DNA of 64,000 nt from Octopus sinensis (taxonomy: Eukaryota): NCBI RefSeq assembly GCF_006345805.1, contig NC_042999.1:46314001-46378000 (forward strand), written 5' to 3'. The translations under genes were made by a program, and so were the position numbers. The notes beneath the pieces are model-generated. The model was not told the DNA's origin. It made no database searches and saw nothing but the letters and a program-made list of their open reading frames with translations. Every line of letters begins with the position of its first letter. The first letter of the stretch is position 1. Positions 1-13,129 of this stretch are shown here, piece after piece.

Positions 1-532
1 CGCGCGCGCGCCGCTGTATAGCGTCACTACATATCTCATGCTTTGTCCCCTCTGTGTTTTGCCCCTTGCCGGAACAAATTTACACAAAAGGTAAATAAAC
101 CAGTAATGGGGAGGGGGGGTCAATGTTTCATCGTTTCGGGGTCGATAAATTAAGTACCAATTACGCACTGGTGTCGAGTATTTTTTTCCCAATTTATATC
201 ACAGCCTCCGACAAGCTGGGGCATCCTTTTATGAATAAATATTTCGCTAATTTTTACAATACGACCCACACTCCACGCGCACCCTCATATCCCACTCTAG
301 ACCGATTTGGGCATATTATTGTTTTGTTTTTGTTGTTTTTGGTACGCAAAACCATGGGAGAATCTTTTTCGGTAAAAAAAAAATTAAGAAAATATAAAAA
401 AAATATCGTTAATATTTTTATTGGGCGACGAAATTCATCGATTTAAGAGATATGGCTGTTATTTCTAGCACATGCCTCGTTTGTTTATCAATATCGATGA
501 GCGAGACAGACAGAATAGAGAAGGATGAATAA

Positions 533-576
<44 letters not shown>

Positions 577-1110
577 CCCGCGCGCGCTGTTTACGTTGTA
601 ACAAGATGTCTGAGTTTTTAGATGCAGCAAATGATTTGAGCTCAAATGCTGGCAATTCATTGGCTAAAATTCGAAGAATTAAATTACGTTAAAGTTACAA
701 ATTACAAATTTATCAAAAAAGTTAAGTGAAAATAATGTTTTCTTATGTCACATTCTACCAGTATACGAAGTTTCAAATTGTTTAGTTAGCTAGAAATTGT
801 GTTGAATTCCGTCCATCAAAAGGAAAAGATCCGTTATTCGTCCTAAACTCTACTGAAATTATCGATCAACTACTCACGATCGATTGGTTATACTTTATTA
901 TAGTAGAGTGTGTTAAATAACAAACCACCTAAAGTGAATGGTGCTTCCCAGACACAATAATATATACATATACATTTATTCATAAAAACGGTAAGATAAC
1001 AAAAGAAAGAAAGAGACCTCGATATTATGTAAATAGAGAAATTTATCTGTAAATGTAATATGTGACAATTATTCGGTAGCCAAGATAAAACTGGTACTTA
1101 ATTTATCGAT

Positions 1111-1603
1111 TCCGAAAGGATGAAAGGCAAAGTCGACCTCGGCGGAATTTGAACTCAGAACGTAACAGCAGACAAAATACCTACATCTTTACTACTCACT
1201 AGGGGCTAAACACAGAGAGGACAAAGAAGGACAGACAAAGGGATTAAGTCAATTACATCGACCCCAGTGCGTAACTGGTACTTAATTTATCGATTCCGAA
1301 AGGATGAAAGGCAAAGTCGACCTCGGCGGAATTTGAACTCAGAACGTAGCGGCAGACGAAAGACGAAATGCCTATTTCTTTACTACCCACAAGGGGCTGT
1401 ACACAGAGAGGACAAAGAAGGACAGACAAAGGGATTAAGTCGATTACATTGACCCCAGTGCGTACTGGTACTTAATTTATCGACTTCGAAAGGATGAAAG
1501 GCAAAGTCGACCTCGGCGGAATTTGAACTCAGAACGTAACGGCAGACGAAATACGGCTTCGCGTTTCGCCCGGCGTGCTAACGTTTCTGCCAGCTCGCCG
1601 CCT
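1111..1603 (-). mobile_element. SINE family A, head-to-tail multimer (about 3 partial units)
   Basis: Reverse complement of tRNA-like head (TGGCAGAAACGTTAG A-box, GAGTTCAAATTCC B-box), core CTTTGCCTTTCATCCTTTCGGGGTCGATAAATTAAGTACCAG and tail, repeated. Confidence 0.85.
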
Positions 1604-2187
1604 TCTTCGCAGATTTTTCTCTTGCGGCCCGCTTGATACTTTCTTGAACGTATTTAGACACATATTTTTTGAAAAGTTTTATTAAAAATTAAAGATTGTA
1701 AGGAAAAGTAAGGCGCTCTTTCGTTTTGACTTGAAAAGTAAAAAGGAAAGACACTACTGTTTTTGCAGCGACAATATTTCATGCCAAATCAACGATCATC
1801 CATTCATTATTGTAATAATAGCGGGAGAAATCAAAATGCTTTCAATTCTATCGGCAGTGATTATTTGACTATTATTTGACTATTAATGCATAAAGTATAG
1901 AAGCGACCCGCCTAAAGCATTCTGTGATTAAAGTGGCTAGCTCTTTATATATACCTCTTTATGTGTTGTATGTGTGTGAATGTGTGTGTGGTAGTGTGTG
2001 TGTGTGTGTGTTAGTGTGTGTGTATGCGTGTGTGTGTGTGTTAGTGTGTGTGTATGCGTGTATGTGAGTGTGTGTATGTGTGTGTGTGTTAGTGCGTGTG
2101 TGTGTGTGTGTATCTGTGTGGAATTGATAAATATAATTTACGATAAAATTTTTAATTCATTTTTAATTCAAATACTGTTGGGCCTAT

Positions 2188-2836
2188 CAGTCTGAATGTT
2201 TAAGTCCTACAACATAGTCGAACAGCTGCGGTCATGTGTGGGGCGGATCCGTCTGTCGGCCGAGTCCTATCAGTCCCTACCAGTCTGAATGTTTAAGTCC
2301 CACAACATAGTCGAACAGCTGCGGCCACGTGTGGGGCGGATCCGTCTGTCGGCCGAGTCCCGTGGTGATGATCGCACTGTCGCCCTCTTTCAATCGGGCA
2401 GGTAAGGCAGTTTTCCTTTGCCTGGTGGCTGTAGCGTAAGAAGTTGTTTGCTGGACAAGGCTGAAAGGTATGAAGACAGATACATTCCCCTTTAGTAGAG
2501 CACTCACTGACTTCTAGTTTCACTTGAAAAGGAAATTGAGAGTGGATGGTACCTCTCTAAGTGGAGGCCTATGACTTGGAGCGGGCACTTGCGCCTGTGG
2601 TTTCTGGGAAATCTGGGACAGTTGAGTTCCTCGATTATCCCTACAGGCCTTCCTGTATCAGGAGGGCCATATCTCTATCATCCATCCCGACCCCCCCTTT
2701 TTTTTTAAACTTTTGTATACTATGCATATGTCCCTTCTTTTTCAGTGTATACCGTGTATACTATCTTCTTTTCTTTTTTTTTACACCATTTCATTATATG
2801 TAAACCCCAACACTTTGTATTTGTTTTTGTAAATGA
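2188..2836 (+). mobile_element. 3' fragment of Tx1/L1-clade LINE with a 93-bp-period duplication at its 5' end
   Basis: Degenerate translation (VVCWTRLKGMKT...FHLKRKLRV) resembles the C-termini of the other Tx1 copies here; a pyrimidine-rich 3' UTR runs into (ATT)n. Confidence 0.6.
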
Positions 2837-2837
2837 A

Positions 2838-2899
<62 letters not shown>

Positions 2900-2920
2900 T
2901 ATGATTATTATTATTATTAT
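2837..2920. repeat. (ATT)n microsatellite
   Basis: Direct reading. Confidence 0.97.
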
Positions 2921-4316
2921 TTAAGTCGGTGGGCTAGTCGAAGCCAGCTTTGCATTACCTCTTTCAATGAGTAAATGTGGCAGTTTTATAATCGTCTTTC
3001 TTTTCCCTTACTAAAACTAGGCGTAGATTTGAATTGAATATTATTATTTGTATTTTGTTGGTGTGTCTTTTTAGTGTCATTCATCAGAACAATAAGAAAC
3101 GAGTTGCATAAAGATCATTGGCCTTTTTTGCACTTGCGCTCTCTTACATAACGACATGACATATAGAAACATACAGATCATAATCACGCATTTATTTCTT
3201 TTTCGAGCGGAATAAGAACTTGGTAGTAGTTTTTTTTTTTAATAAAAAGGTAAGCATCTTTCGTAATACATCATCACATATTATTTTCACACATTACAAT
3301 TTCATTAATAATTTCCAATACATATTTATTTTTTATTTGAGTTTGGCATTCTGGTGTATATTCACATCTTCGTTGTCACTGCTTTTTTTTTTTTTTATCA
3401 TTTCTAATAATGTATAATCAATCAATCGTGAGTAGTTGAGCGATAATTTCAGTAGAGTTTAGGACGAATAACTCCCACTGATTTCAAATAACAGTAAAAT
3501 GACATTTTCAGACTATAAGGTGTGAATTTAAGGGAAATTTGGCTGTTGTTTCTAGCACATGTCACAACCACCTTCCTCGTTTGTTTGTCACTCATGTATT
3601 GATGTTTTCAATATTTTTCTCCTCGTGAAGATATTTTATGCATTATTATTGAAAAGGTCGCAAGACTCAACGAAAATTTTAGAAAAAAAAAATCAAGTAA
3701 ATGAGTGGAAATCGAACAGGTGTGTGTGTTAAATATTATTTTATGCAATAATAATGCAGCAGAAATAACACACGGACGATCTATTGCTGGGATTTATGTA
3801 ACAATAAGAAAATTAAAATAAGGTGAACGTCAGTGATAGGTGGCCCACATCAGTTGAAATGATGCGGGTATCGTTTTAACGATAAAAGTTTTCGAAAAAT
3901 GTTGTTTTACTCACCCCCAGGCTCCACCCTCCGAATCGATTTTGAAAATAAAAATTTGGAAAATGATTTTTACCCCCTCCTACTCTCCGGACCGATTTTG
4001 GTTGATTTTGTGGCCGCTACGCAAGATAATTTTTTGGTCGATTTTGAGAGCACTATGCACTTAAGGCAATCACTCGGTATTGGCCTCAAAACTGTCATTG
4101 TTTGCAGCTGTTCGTTCGTTAGTTTCTGTGAAAAATTTTAATATATTTAATTTTGATTTCGTGACTTGCCGAAGGCGGCATTTGGTTTGAAGTTGGAAAG
4201 TGAAAAAGGAAAGGGACAGACGCGCGCGAACGTTTACGTACGTGTCTATGAAATAAAATGTGCGTGGATATGTGCGTGTGTGTGTGTGTGTGTGTATTTA
4301 TGCATGTATGTGTGTA

Positions 4317-4697
4317 GAAGTGCAATGGTTCAGTGGTTAGGGCAGCGGACTCGCGGTCATAGGATCGCGGTTACGATTCCCAAATCGGGTGTTATGAGTG
4401 TTTATTGAGCGTAAATGCCTAAAGCTCCACACGGCTCCGGCAAGGTGCGGTGGCGAACCCTGCTGTATTCTTTCACTACAGCTTTCTCTCACTCTTTCTT
4501 CCTGTTTCTGTTGCACCTGTAATTTCAAAGGGCCAACCTTGTCACACTCTGTGTCACGCTGAATCTCACCGGGAACTACGTTAAGGGTACACGTGTCTGT
4601 GAAGTGCTCAGCCACTTGCACGTTAATTTCACGAACAAGCTGTTCTGTTGATCGTATCAAATGAAACCCTCGTCGTCGTAACCGACGGAGTGCCACG
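4317..4697 (+). mobile_element. tRNA-derived SINE family D (tail type 1)
   Basis: Head TGGTTCAGTGGTTAGGG...GACTCGCGGTC (TCG, Arg-like loop)...GGTTACGATTCCC. Tail GAACTACGTTAAGGGTACACGTG...CGTCGTCGTAACCGACGGAG recurs at 40470-40640 and 63910-64000. Confidence 0.8.
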
Positions 4698-5107
4698 ATG
4701 TATGTGTATATGAAAGATAATGGGAGTGTGTGCGTGTTGTGTGTATTTATGTATGTACGTGTATGCTATCATTCAGTTTTTACAACCACGAGAGAAGCCT
4801 TTTCGGTAAAAAGAAAAAAAGAGTAAATATTTTCAAACGAAAAGGTGTGTGATTTAAGGAAGATTTGGCTGTTGTTTCTAGCACATTCCACAACCACCTT
4901 CCTCGTTTCTTTGTCACAGCCATATGTATTGATGCTTTTTCAGTAACTTTCTTCCTATAAGCACATTTTATGGATTGGTGATGCAGAAGTAACACATGCG
5001 TGGTACATAACTGGGGGTCTAAATAACAACAACAACAAGATATTTGGAACTTAACTCCCCCACCACAACCAAGCGAGGCCGTGTGTGTGTGTGTGACAGA
5101 GAGAGAT

Positions 5108-5147
<40 letters not shown>

Positions 5148-5273
5148 AGAAAACATGTAAATACTGACAAGAAAAGTATGCTATTAAAATAAATTATCTT
5201 TCAGATTAGATAGCTTTTTAAATCACTGTGGATAAATTTCAGCACTTATCTTCTGAGGCTTTAGAATTATATT

Positions 5274-5655
5274 AAGGCTGCGAGCGGGCAGAAACGTTAG
5301 TGCGCCGGGTGAAATGCTTAGCAGTATTTCGTCTGTGGGTAGTAAAGAAATAGGTATTTCGTCTGCCGTTACGTTCTGAGTTCAAATTCCGCCGAGGTCG
5401 ACTTTGCCTTTCATCCTTTCGGGGTTGATTAAATAAGTACCAGTTACGCACTGGGGTCGATGTAATCGACTTAATCCGTTTGTCTGTCCTTGTTTGTCCT
5501 CTCTGTGTTTAGCTCCCAGTGCATAACTGGTACTTATTTAATCGATCCTGAAAGGATGAAAGGCAAAGTCGACCTCGGCGGAATTTGAACTCAGAACGTA
5601 ACGGCAGACGAAATACCTATTTCTTTACTACCCACAGACGAAATACTGCTAAGCA
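5274..5655. mobile_element. SINE family A cluster (+ copy followed by inverted partial copy)
   Basis: Same head and core as 1111-1603, in both orientations. Confidence 0.85.
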
Positions 5656-6528
5656 TTGGTTAATTTGTTTATTTTTTATCTATGGTGATGATGTTCACTC
5701 CTCGGTGATATTGCCAGAACTGATGCAATGGCTATAGTTGCTCACAAACGAAACTTCCCTAACCTTCTAGAACATTATAGATATTTGGTGGTGGGGGGAG
5801 AAAGAATTTTTATTCAAAATATCTGGAAAATTATTCAATTGAGTTAAATGTGTTGTTAACTTTTGAGTTTTGAATTTCAACTTTTTTTCCATATAAACTT
5901 TTTTCCGTATATTGTTATGTAATTCTAACTACGTTAACTTAATATATGTAAAATTGGATCGTGTGTTGTAAACTGTTGCGGCCACGGTATGTATATAATG
6001 TACAGTTCCGTCATAGAAAATTCAACAAAAATAAGTACTCCATCCGGTGGGAGATAAATATATTGTTAAAGGTCATAATACAAGTCTTGAAGTGTTACTA
6101 ATAGTTTTATATTTTGAGAAACGTTTCAAACACATTCTTCAAGCATAAATCACATATCATAACGAACTAAGGTCTAAGGGAGATAACTCTTACCTCTTTA
6201 AGTTTTTTTTACATATTTTGTATTTTAGAAGTTATTTCGCTTTAAAGTTGTCGTATTTGGGTAAGCTTAACCAATCAAGGACGTGTATTCAGCCGAAGAA
6301 AGTTACTGCTGCTGTTTGCGTAAAACAACTACTGGGTGATTATTTTTACAGTTTTACATGAATAAATTACCTTGAAACACACTCACACACTTACACATCA
6401 CGTCAATTTTCCCTCAGGCATTGACAAAACAACGAATCTTCGACAACAGAAAAATTTAAACTGAATACCTTCCCTAACAAAACCCTTCTTTAATAAGCAG
6501 AAATGTTTTTATAGCAACATATATGAGA

Positions 6529-6858
<330 letters not shown>

Positions 6859-7448
6859 TAATAATAGGCAGAAGTTACAGAGTAACAATGGCCAAATTCG
6901 TGTTTGATAAGTGTCAATACACGAAACTCCCAGCTTTTGACTTACTCTCTACCTTCTGCCGATGAGATATTTACATACATATATGTATAAAAAAAAATAT
7001 CATCACGCAATGGAACCAATGAAAGAGCCTCTACCTGGTCGCTCAACACTCTAAAAATAGCAGCCAATGTATCCCCCTATCTAAATCACACGCCCATTGT
7101 ACGTAATGTCCTAGATTATCCCTAAAAAGACGGTTTGCTGAAGGTTGGAATGTCTTTGATGATAGGTTTGCTGTATCAGGGTTGATTTGAGGCTAGATAA
7201 CAACAAAATTATTACTGAGACAGATCAACGACGGAGCTTGTGTGTGGTTTCATGACCTGCTAGAAAAGTCGCCAAACAGAGTAGAAAAAACCCTGACACA
7301 TTCAACAAGTAAATTTATTGGACAAGATCTAATAAAATTATGTAGAATATATATAACAATAATAGAGGATAAAACTTTAACAAAAAAACCTTTATCAGTG
7401 GCCAGTATATAAAATGAAACCAGTTAAGGTGAAGATCATATGTATAAT

Positions 7449-7702
7449 TATAATGAGGGTTTTGAAAAATTTTGTAGCTTAATTAATGAGAAATAGACGC
7501 TAAATGATTTCACCACTGAAAGAAGTCACTCAAAGAAGTCACTTCTTTGATCTCATCACTCAAATAAGTGTGTTTGGGACTTCTTTGAGTGATATGACGA
7601 TTTAGCGTCTATTTCTCAGCATATAGGGTAGTAAAAAATTTTTATATGACGATTTAGTGTCTATTTCTCAGCATATAGGCTAGAAAAGTTTTCTAAGCCC
7701 TC

Positions 7703-7708
<6 letters not shown>
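7449..7708. repeat. Imperfect fold-back palindrome (family of 32374, 57281, 62671)
   Basis: TATAATGAGGG...GAGAAATAGACGCTAAAT...CACTCAAAGAAGTC mirrored by GACTTCTTTGAGTG...ATTTAGCGTCTATTTCTC...CCCTCATTATA; the right arm has an internal duplication. Confidence 0.7.
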
Positions 7709-7741
<33 letters not shown>

Positions 7742-7881
7742 CAAAAAATTCCACGTAAACCCGAAGTTTCTACCTTTAAAAAAAAGGGAGTTACAACCTC
7801 TTTACTTGTGTGATTTTTTGCTACCCTGGTAACTATTTATCTATTTTTACCGTGTTAATTGTTAACAAAGGAAAAATACAC

Positions 7882-7992
<111 letters not shown>

Positions 7993-7997
7993 ATATA

Positions 7998-10095
7998 GTG
8001 GTTGTCTACTCCTTATGCAGAATTTGACCAACCCTTGTACCTACACCTTAGCACCATCATGGCGTCTGATGTGGCTTTCTAAACCAGACAATGTTCTGAA
8101 AAGACACCCACATAGATTGCACCTCTGATTTGGACCACCAATACTTTCAGATAAGTTCTGCTCTTTGTAGATCTTGACATGTCTTTTGAGGCTCCCGTTG
8201 GCTTTGCAAACCTTCTGGCATACACTGCATTCAAAAGTGTGCACAGACATATAGGCAGAATAGTTGGTGGAGGTTCGTTTTCCATGCGTTCGCAGATGAG
8301 ATTTGAAGCCAGCAAAAGACAGGCATGATCTGTCACAGACTGTGCACAGGAAAAGGTCATTGTCATTCAACTTCTCGATCGTTACATTCTTCCTTAGAGT
8401 CTTACTTGCGTTATCCTGGCCTCTTCAAATGCTTTTACTCCACCCCACACCTTTGTTCGCCATCCAACTCAATCTGAAGCAAGGGTTTCTATATCTTCTG
8501 GAACCATTCCAAGTGACTTCATAGTAGTCCTTATGCCGTCCTTAAACATTTTTTTTAGGTTTACGCCGATAACATTTCCTCTCTGAAAGCTCACCATAAA
8601 GCAGCTGTTTCGGCATGCGTTCATCTGCCATTCGAACAATATGGCCACCCCGTCTCATTTGGTTCCTCAAAATCGTAGCTTTAATTGAGGTGAGGCCTGC
8701 AGAAGCAAGGGCATTTGTGTTTGGAGTAAAAGAACTCCATTTAGTTTTTAAAATGCGATGAAAGCATTTTTGGTGGAATTGTTCTAACAGTTTAAAATGC
8801 CTTTCATAACAAGTCCAAGTTTCACAGGAATACAACAGGGATGGTAAGACAAATGATTTGTAAAGAGCCAGTTTTGTATTCTTATTTATATGTCGCTGGC
8901 ACCAAATGCTTTTGCTGCCTTTTGAATTCGCAGCTGTATTTCTGTATCAAGATTTCAATCATTTTGAACAGAGCAACCAAGGTAGACGAACGAATCGACA
9001 ACCTCAAGTAACTTTCCCTTAATAAAAATTTTAATGGGGTTACTAACAATACTAAATGCAGGTTGATGCATTTCAACTGTTTTTTTTTTTTCAAGTTGAT
9101 GGTGAAGCTAAAATCATCACAAGCTGAGTTAAATACAGATACAAGAGATTGCAGCCCTGTTTCAGAATGACTGACAAGATCACATACAAAAGTTCCCTAA
9201 TATGTGAAGTAAAAAGCTTAGTTTTGAATTTCAGTCTGGTCAGATGGAAAACATTCCCTTATGTAAATACCCTCCTCAGAATTTTGAAAAGCATGTGACA
9301 ACGCAACAGCAAAGTATATTGCAAAGAGGGTGGGTGCATCAAGGTCTCCTTGCTTTACTCCATTTTCCACTGCAAAAGATTCAGAGAGCCTACCACCAAA
9401 ACTACCTCTAGCTTTCATATCTTGATGCAAAGCCCTGACCATGTTCACAAATTTTTCTGAGCAACCTATTTTCCTTAGAATTAGCCAAAAAGCATTTCGA
9501 TTAACAGTATCAAATGCTTTGCTCAAATCAACAAAGCAATTGTATAGAACAAGATGCTGTTCAATGCACTTTTCTTGTAATTGTCTGACAGTAAAGATAC
9601 AATCAGCTGTGCCCTTGGACACTATATTTGGAAGTACAAAGGTATTTAAACGTCTAACAAAATGCGGGCAAGTACCTTTCCAACAACAGACGAAAGCAAA
9701 ATCCCTCGAAAATTACCACACAGATCCTTTGGCCCCGATTTATACAAGGAGACTAAAATGGAATCAATCCAGTCTTGAGGCAATTTGTCAGTTCTCTAAC
9801 AATGAGAAATTAATATATTTAAGACTTCAAACATTTTGTCACCCCTATATTTCAAGACTTCTGCACAGATTCCATCAGACCCTGGAGACATTATTATTCA
9901 GCTTATTCACAGCTTAATAAGTGTCATCTAAAGTTGGTTCAAATGCCATCTCTTCAGTAACTGGAAGGTGTTCAATTTTTCTATCGTCCTCATGTCAACG
10001 GATGATGGTCTATTCAAAGTACAGAAAAATGTTCTACCCAGCACTTACGAATAGAAGCGGAGTCAGTCAAAAGAAAACGTCCATTTACTGTACTT
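7998..10095 (-). mobile_element. 5'-truncated, frameshifted RTE (BovB-like) LINE: RT plus C-terminal triple C2H2 zinc finger
   Basis: RT motifs FVDLSKAFDTVNR and GVKQGDLDAPTLF (9218-9622); RTE C-terminal YSCETWT...GHIVRMADERMPKQLLYGEL (8542-8835); three CxxC...HxxxH-type fingers (8041-8370, second lacks last His). Confidence 0.92.
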
Positions 10096-10326
10096 ATTGG
10101 AGCTATTGAAGAAAATATATACATATTTACATTTTGTTGGATGGCCGTTGACTGTTCAGGAGTTCATCCGCCCTTTGACAGGTCTTATTTTTCATCCCGC
10201 AGCGTGTCCAACAACATCCTCCTTACCAAGCAAGCCTTGTGGGGTTGCCAGTTTAGTCGCCTACGACCCGACCATGCGACAGGTTGTACTGGATTACATG
10301 TTACCAGTAGCACTCAAGAGCGAGCT

Positions 10327-10380
<54 letters not shown>

Positions 10381-10439
10381 ACACACACACACACATACAC
10401 ACACACACACACACACATGCATATGTCCTTGCTTTCGTA

Positions 10440-10617
10440 ACGTGGAGTAGATGAAACAGGGACACTTGAAGAAGGGGAATATTCTTTATGTTGCATGTCT
10501 CGTTTCTCTGTTTGCTTTTTTTCGTTGTTGGAAAAAGTTCGTTTCTATGCTTTTATTTTTATGTTTTCGTTTCTCATTGTATTCAACGTTTTTTTGATGT
10601 CATGTACCCATATATGC

Positions 10618-10678
<61 letters not shown>

Positions 10679-10769
10679 GGTATGTACATCTATGTATGTA
10701 TATATGCATATATTTATATATTATTTATATTATATTATGATCGAACGCCTCGCATCCTTTTCCAAGTAA

Positions 10770-10815
<46 letters not shown>

Positions 10816-11030
10816 TAATCCAAACATGAAAACACAAAGAGAAAACTCAACAACGCGAGGACGTGGAACAGATATAGTATTATTGGACGCTCAGGAAGGA
10901 AGGAAAGAAGGAGGGTTTAACGTTTCGAGCGGAGCTCTTCGTCAGAAACATAGGAAAAGGAAAGATCCAAAGAAGGGAAGACGGAGGAAAAAAATCGCCA
11001 ACGGTACACACGCGGTCACATGTATATACA
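10440..11030. mobile_element. Penelope-like element remnants (10490-10760 homologous to 38058-38990)
   Basis: Dispersed homology to the 38-39 kb palindrome and an adjacent hammerhead motif; the PLE assignment is inference. Confidence 0.5.
10915..10949 (-). ncRNA. Minimal type I hammerhead ribozyme motif (PLE-type variant)
   Basis: Minus strand GTTT-CTGACGA-A-GAGC-TCC-GCTC-GAAAC-GTT-AAAC: stem I, core, stem II, loopless palindromic stem III, GUU site. Confidence 0.65.
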
Positions 11031-11782
11031 TATACATGTGTGTGTGTGTGTGTGTGTAACGTAGCTGGTGACTGACATTTTATGGTCATTAATCCGAGTA
11101 GACTAAATATGATTGGTTGCTTTGGGGCAAGCGTTACCAGAGTCATCTGGATTATGACAAATGTTTTTCAAGCTCAGATTAATAGTATAAAGTGTTTATA
11201 AAGTTCAATTTATTTTTTGTTTGTTTATAAGGTCCATATAAAATACTAAATAATAATGTAGGGTCATGTTGCACAAGTCACACTGTATCTTGGATCATAT
11301 AGGTATAAATCTTCTTTTATAAATTTATGATTTAGCATAAACGTAAAATGTGTGCAGCGGTATAAATTAGGTACAATGTAAAGTTGTGATTTGATTTTTG
11401 TATGTAACCTTGGCGGTTATAATATTCCTCATGAAAATAATTATTTCCTTTGACTAGAAATACGAGCATATGATCACTGGAGATAGGTACAAGATCTTAA
11501 ATAGGATGCAACACATTATTGTCACATAATAAACTGATTTTGCAGAAATGAAAAACAGATTTCGGGTATATAAACGCAATTTTAAACCCGTAACGAGAGG
11601 GACAAACATAATACTTGAATAAATTCAATGGGAAAATTTGAAAATATGAGAATATAATAACTTTGAAACGTAATATTTGAAATGAAAGAAAATAAAACCT
11701 CATTTTATAATTCTTTGAATTGATCCTTAATTCTATACTTCATTAATTTTTTTCCTTATATTTCCATTATTTCATTTTGCAG

Positions 11783-11817
11783 ATATTTCATCTGGTTGAG
11801 ACAATGCGTATCCGTTG
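11783..11817 (+). CDS. Probable start-codon exon of the GT92 gene (ATG at 11804; M-R-I-R plus split codon)
   Basis: Acceptor TTCATTTTGCAG, donor TTG|GTAAGT, A at -3 of ATG, phase-2 end matching the acceptor at 24555. Confidence 0.55.
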
Positions 11818-12106
11818 GTAAGTATTCGTAAATATATTTATCATTGACTCTGTAAACGTATTTGTTAATGATGATGTTGTGGTTACCGTTGTGCTTGTTG
11901 ACTTTCATAGCATAATCACTTGGTAAATTCTGTAACATTACTTACTCATTGAATGATTCCTGTTAATGAAAACTCTTCAGTTAAAACAGTTGACAATTGT
12001 ATTACACACAAAGCCTAGGATACTTAAAGTAAGTTAAGAAAGTAAATTAACAAACATTGCTTTATGTGAGCTGAAACTAGACATCCATTTTCAATGATGT
12101 GGGATG

Positions 12107-12215
<109 letters not shown>

Positions 12216-12905
12216 TGACTAAAAGTAATTTAAAACCGAAAACGGAGGCCCTAATCTGTGCTAAGAACAAACTACATAAAATACAGAATAGGCAACACAT
12301 CAAAAAGTTATAAGTGTAGAATCTGTGGACAAAACAGTGAAACCGAATGGCATATTACCAGCCAATGTACGCCACTAGCCCAGAAGGAATATAAGAGATG
12401 CCATGACAATATAGCCAGGCTTATCCATTGGACACTTTGCAACAAGTATGGACTTGGCAGAGCAAAAAATTGGTACGACCACAAACTTGAAGCCATTGTC
12501 GAAAATAGAAATGCAAAGATCCTGTGGGATTTTATGATTCAGTGCGACCAGGAGATTGAGAATAGGAAGCCGGACTTAGCCTTAATTGAGAAAGAAAACA
12601 AACTATGCTGGATCACAGACATAGCATGTCCAGCCGACAAGGTATGCGATAAGGAAGAAAGATATGACAGCTTAGCTTAGGAAGTTAAGCAGTTGTAGTC
12701 GATCAAAAAGGTAGCAGTAGTACCAATAATTGTCGGAGCCGTGGGAACAGTGAGCAAAAGTCTCGAGAAGTACATGGAACAAATAGGGGCTGCAATAAGT
12801 GTGGAGCACTTGCAGAAAACAGCACTACTTGGGACCGCTCGAATACTCCGGGAAGTGCTCGAAAAATAAGAGGTGTTACCTTAGTTCACTGGTAGTGAAC
12901 AGCAA
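12216..12905 (+). mobile_element. 3' fragment of R4/Dong-clade LINE with restriction-like endonuclease
   Basis: CRICG...HITSQC zinc knuckle, RCHDNIA, KPDL...DIAC (PD..D) and VVPIIVGAVG motifs; several stops; flanked by (AAT)n and (AAC/AAT)n. Confidence 0.88.
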
Positions 12906-13129
12906 AGGCAACAACAACAACAACAACAACAATAATAATCATTATTATTATAGGCGTAGGAGTGACTGTGTGGTAAGTAGCTTGCTTACCTTAGAAGAGT
13001 CAACACGTGTCTTTTCTCGTGGTAAGAAGTTTTGCTGGTGTTATTGCTTCATTGTTACTGTTTTGTTGATATTACTTTTTGATGTGTTACCTTTGAAACA
13101 AAGAGTTACATTTGAACGTTTTTGAACTG

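Noticed and set aside
6175-6189. Recurrent TAAGGGAG(A/G)TAACTC motif (also 31252, 42217, 46394)
   Set aside because: Probably the end of an old transposon family, but I could not define boundaries or pair the copies.
8041-8370. Stand-alone host C2H2 zinc-finger gene
   Set aside because: Contiguous with the RTE C-terminus and followed by the LINE 3' end; no splice signals needed.
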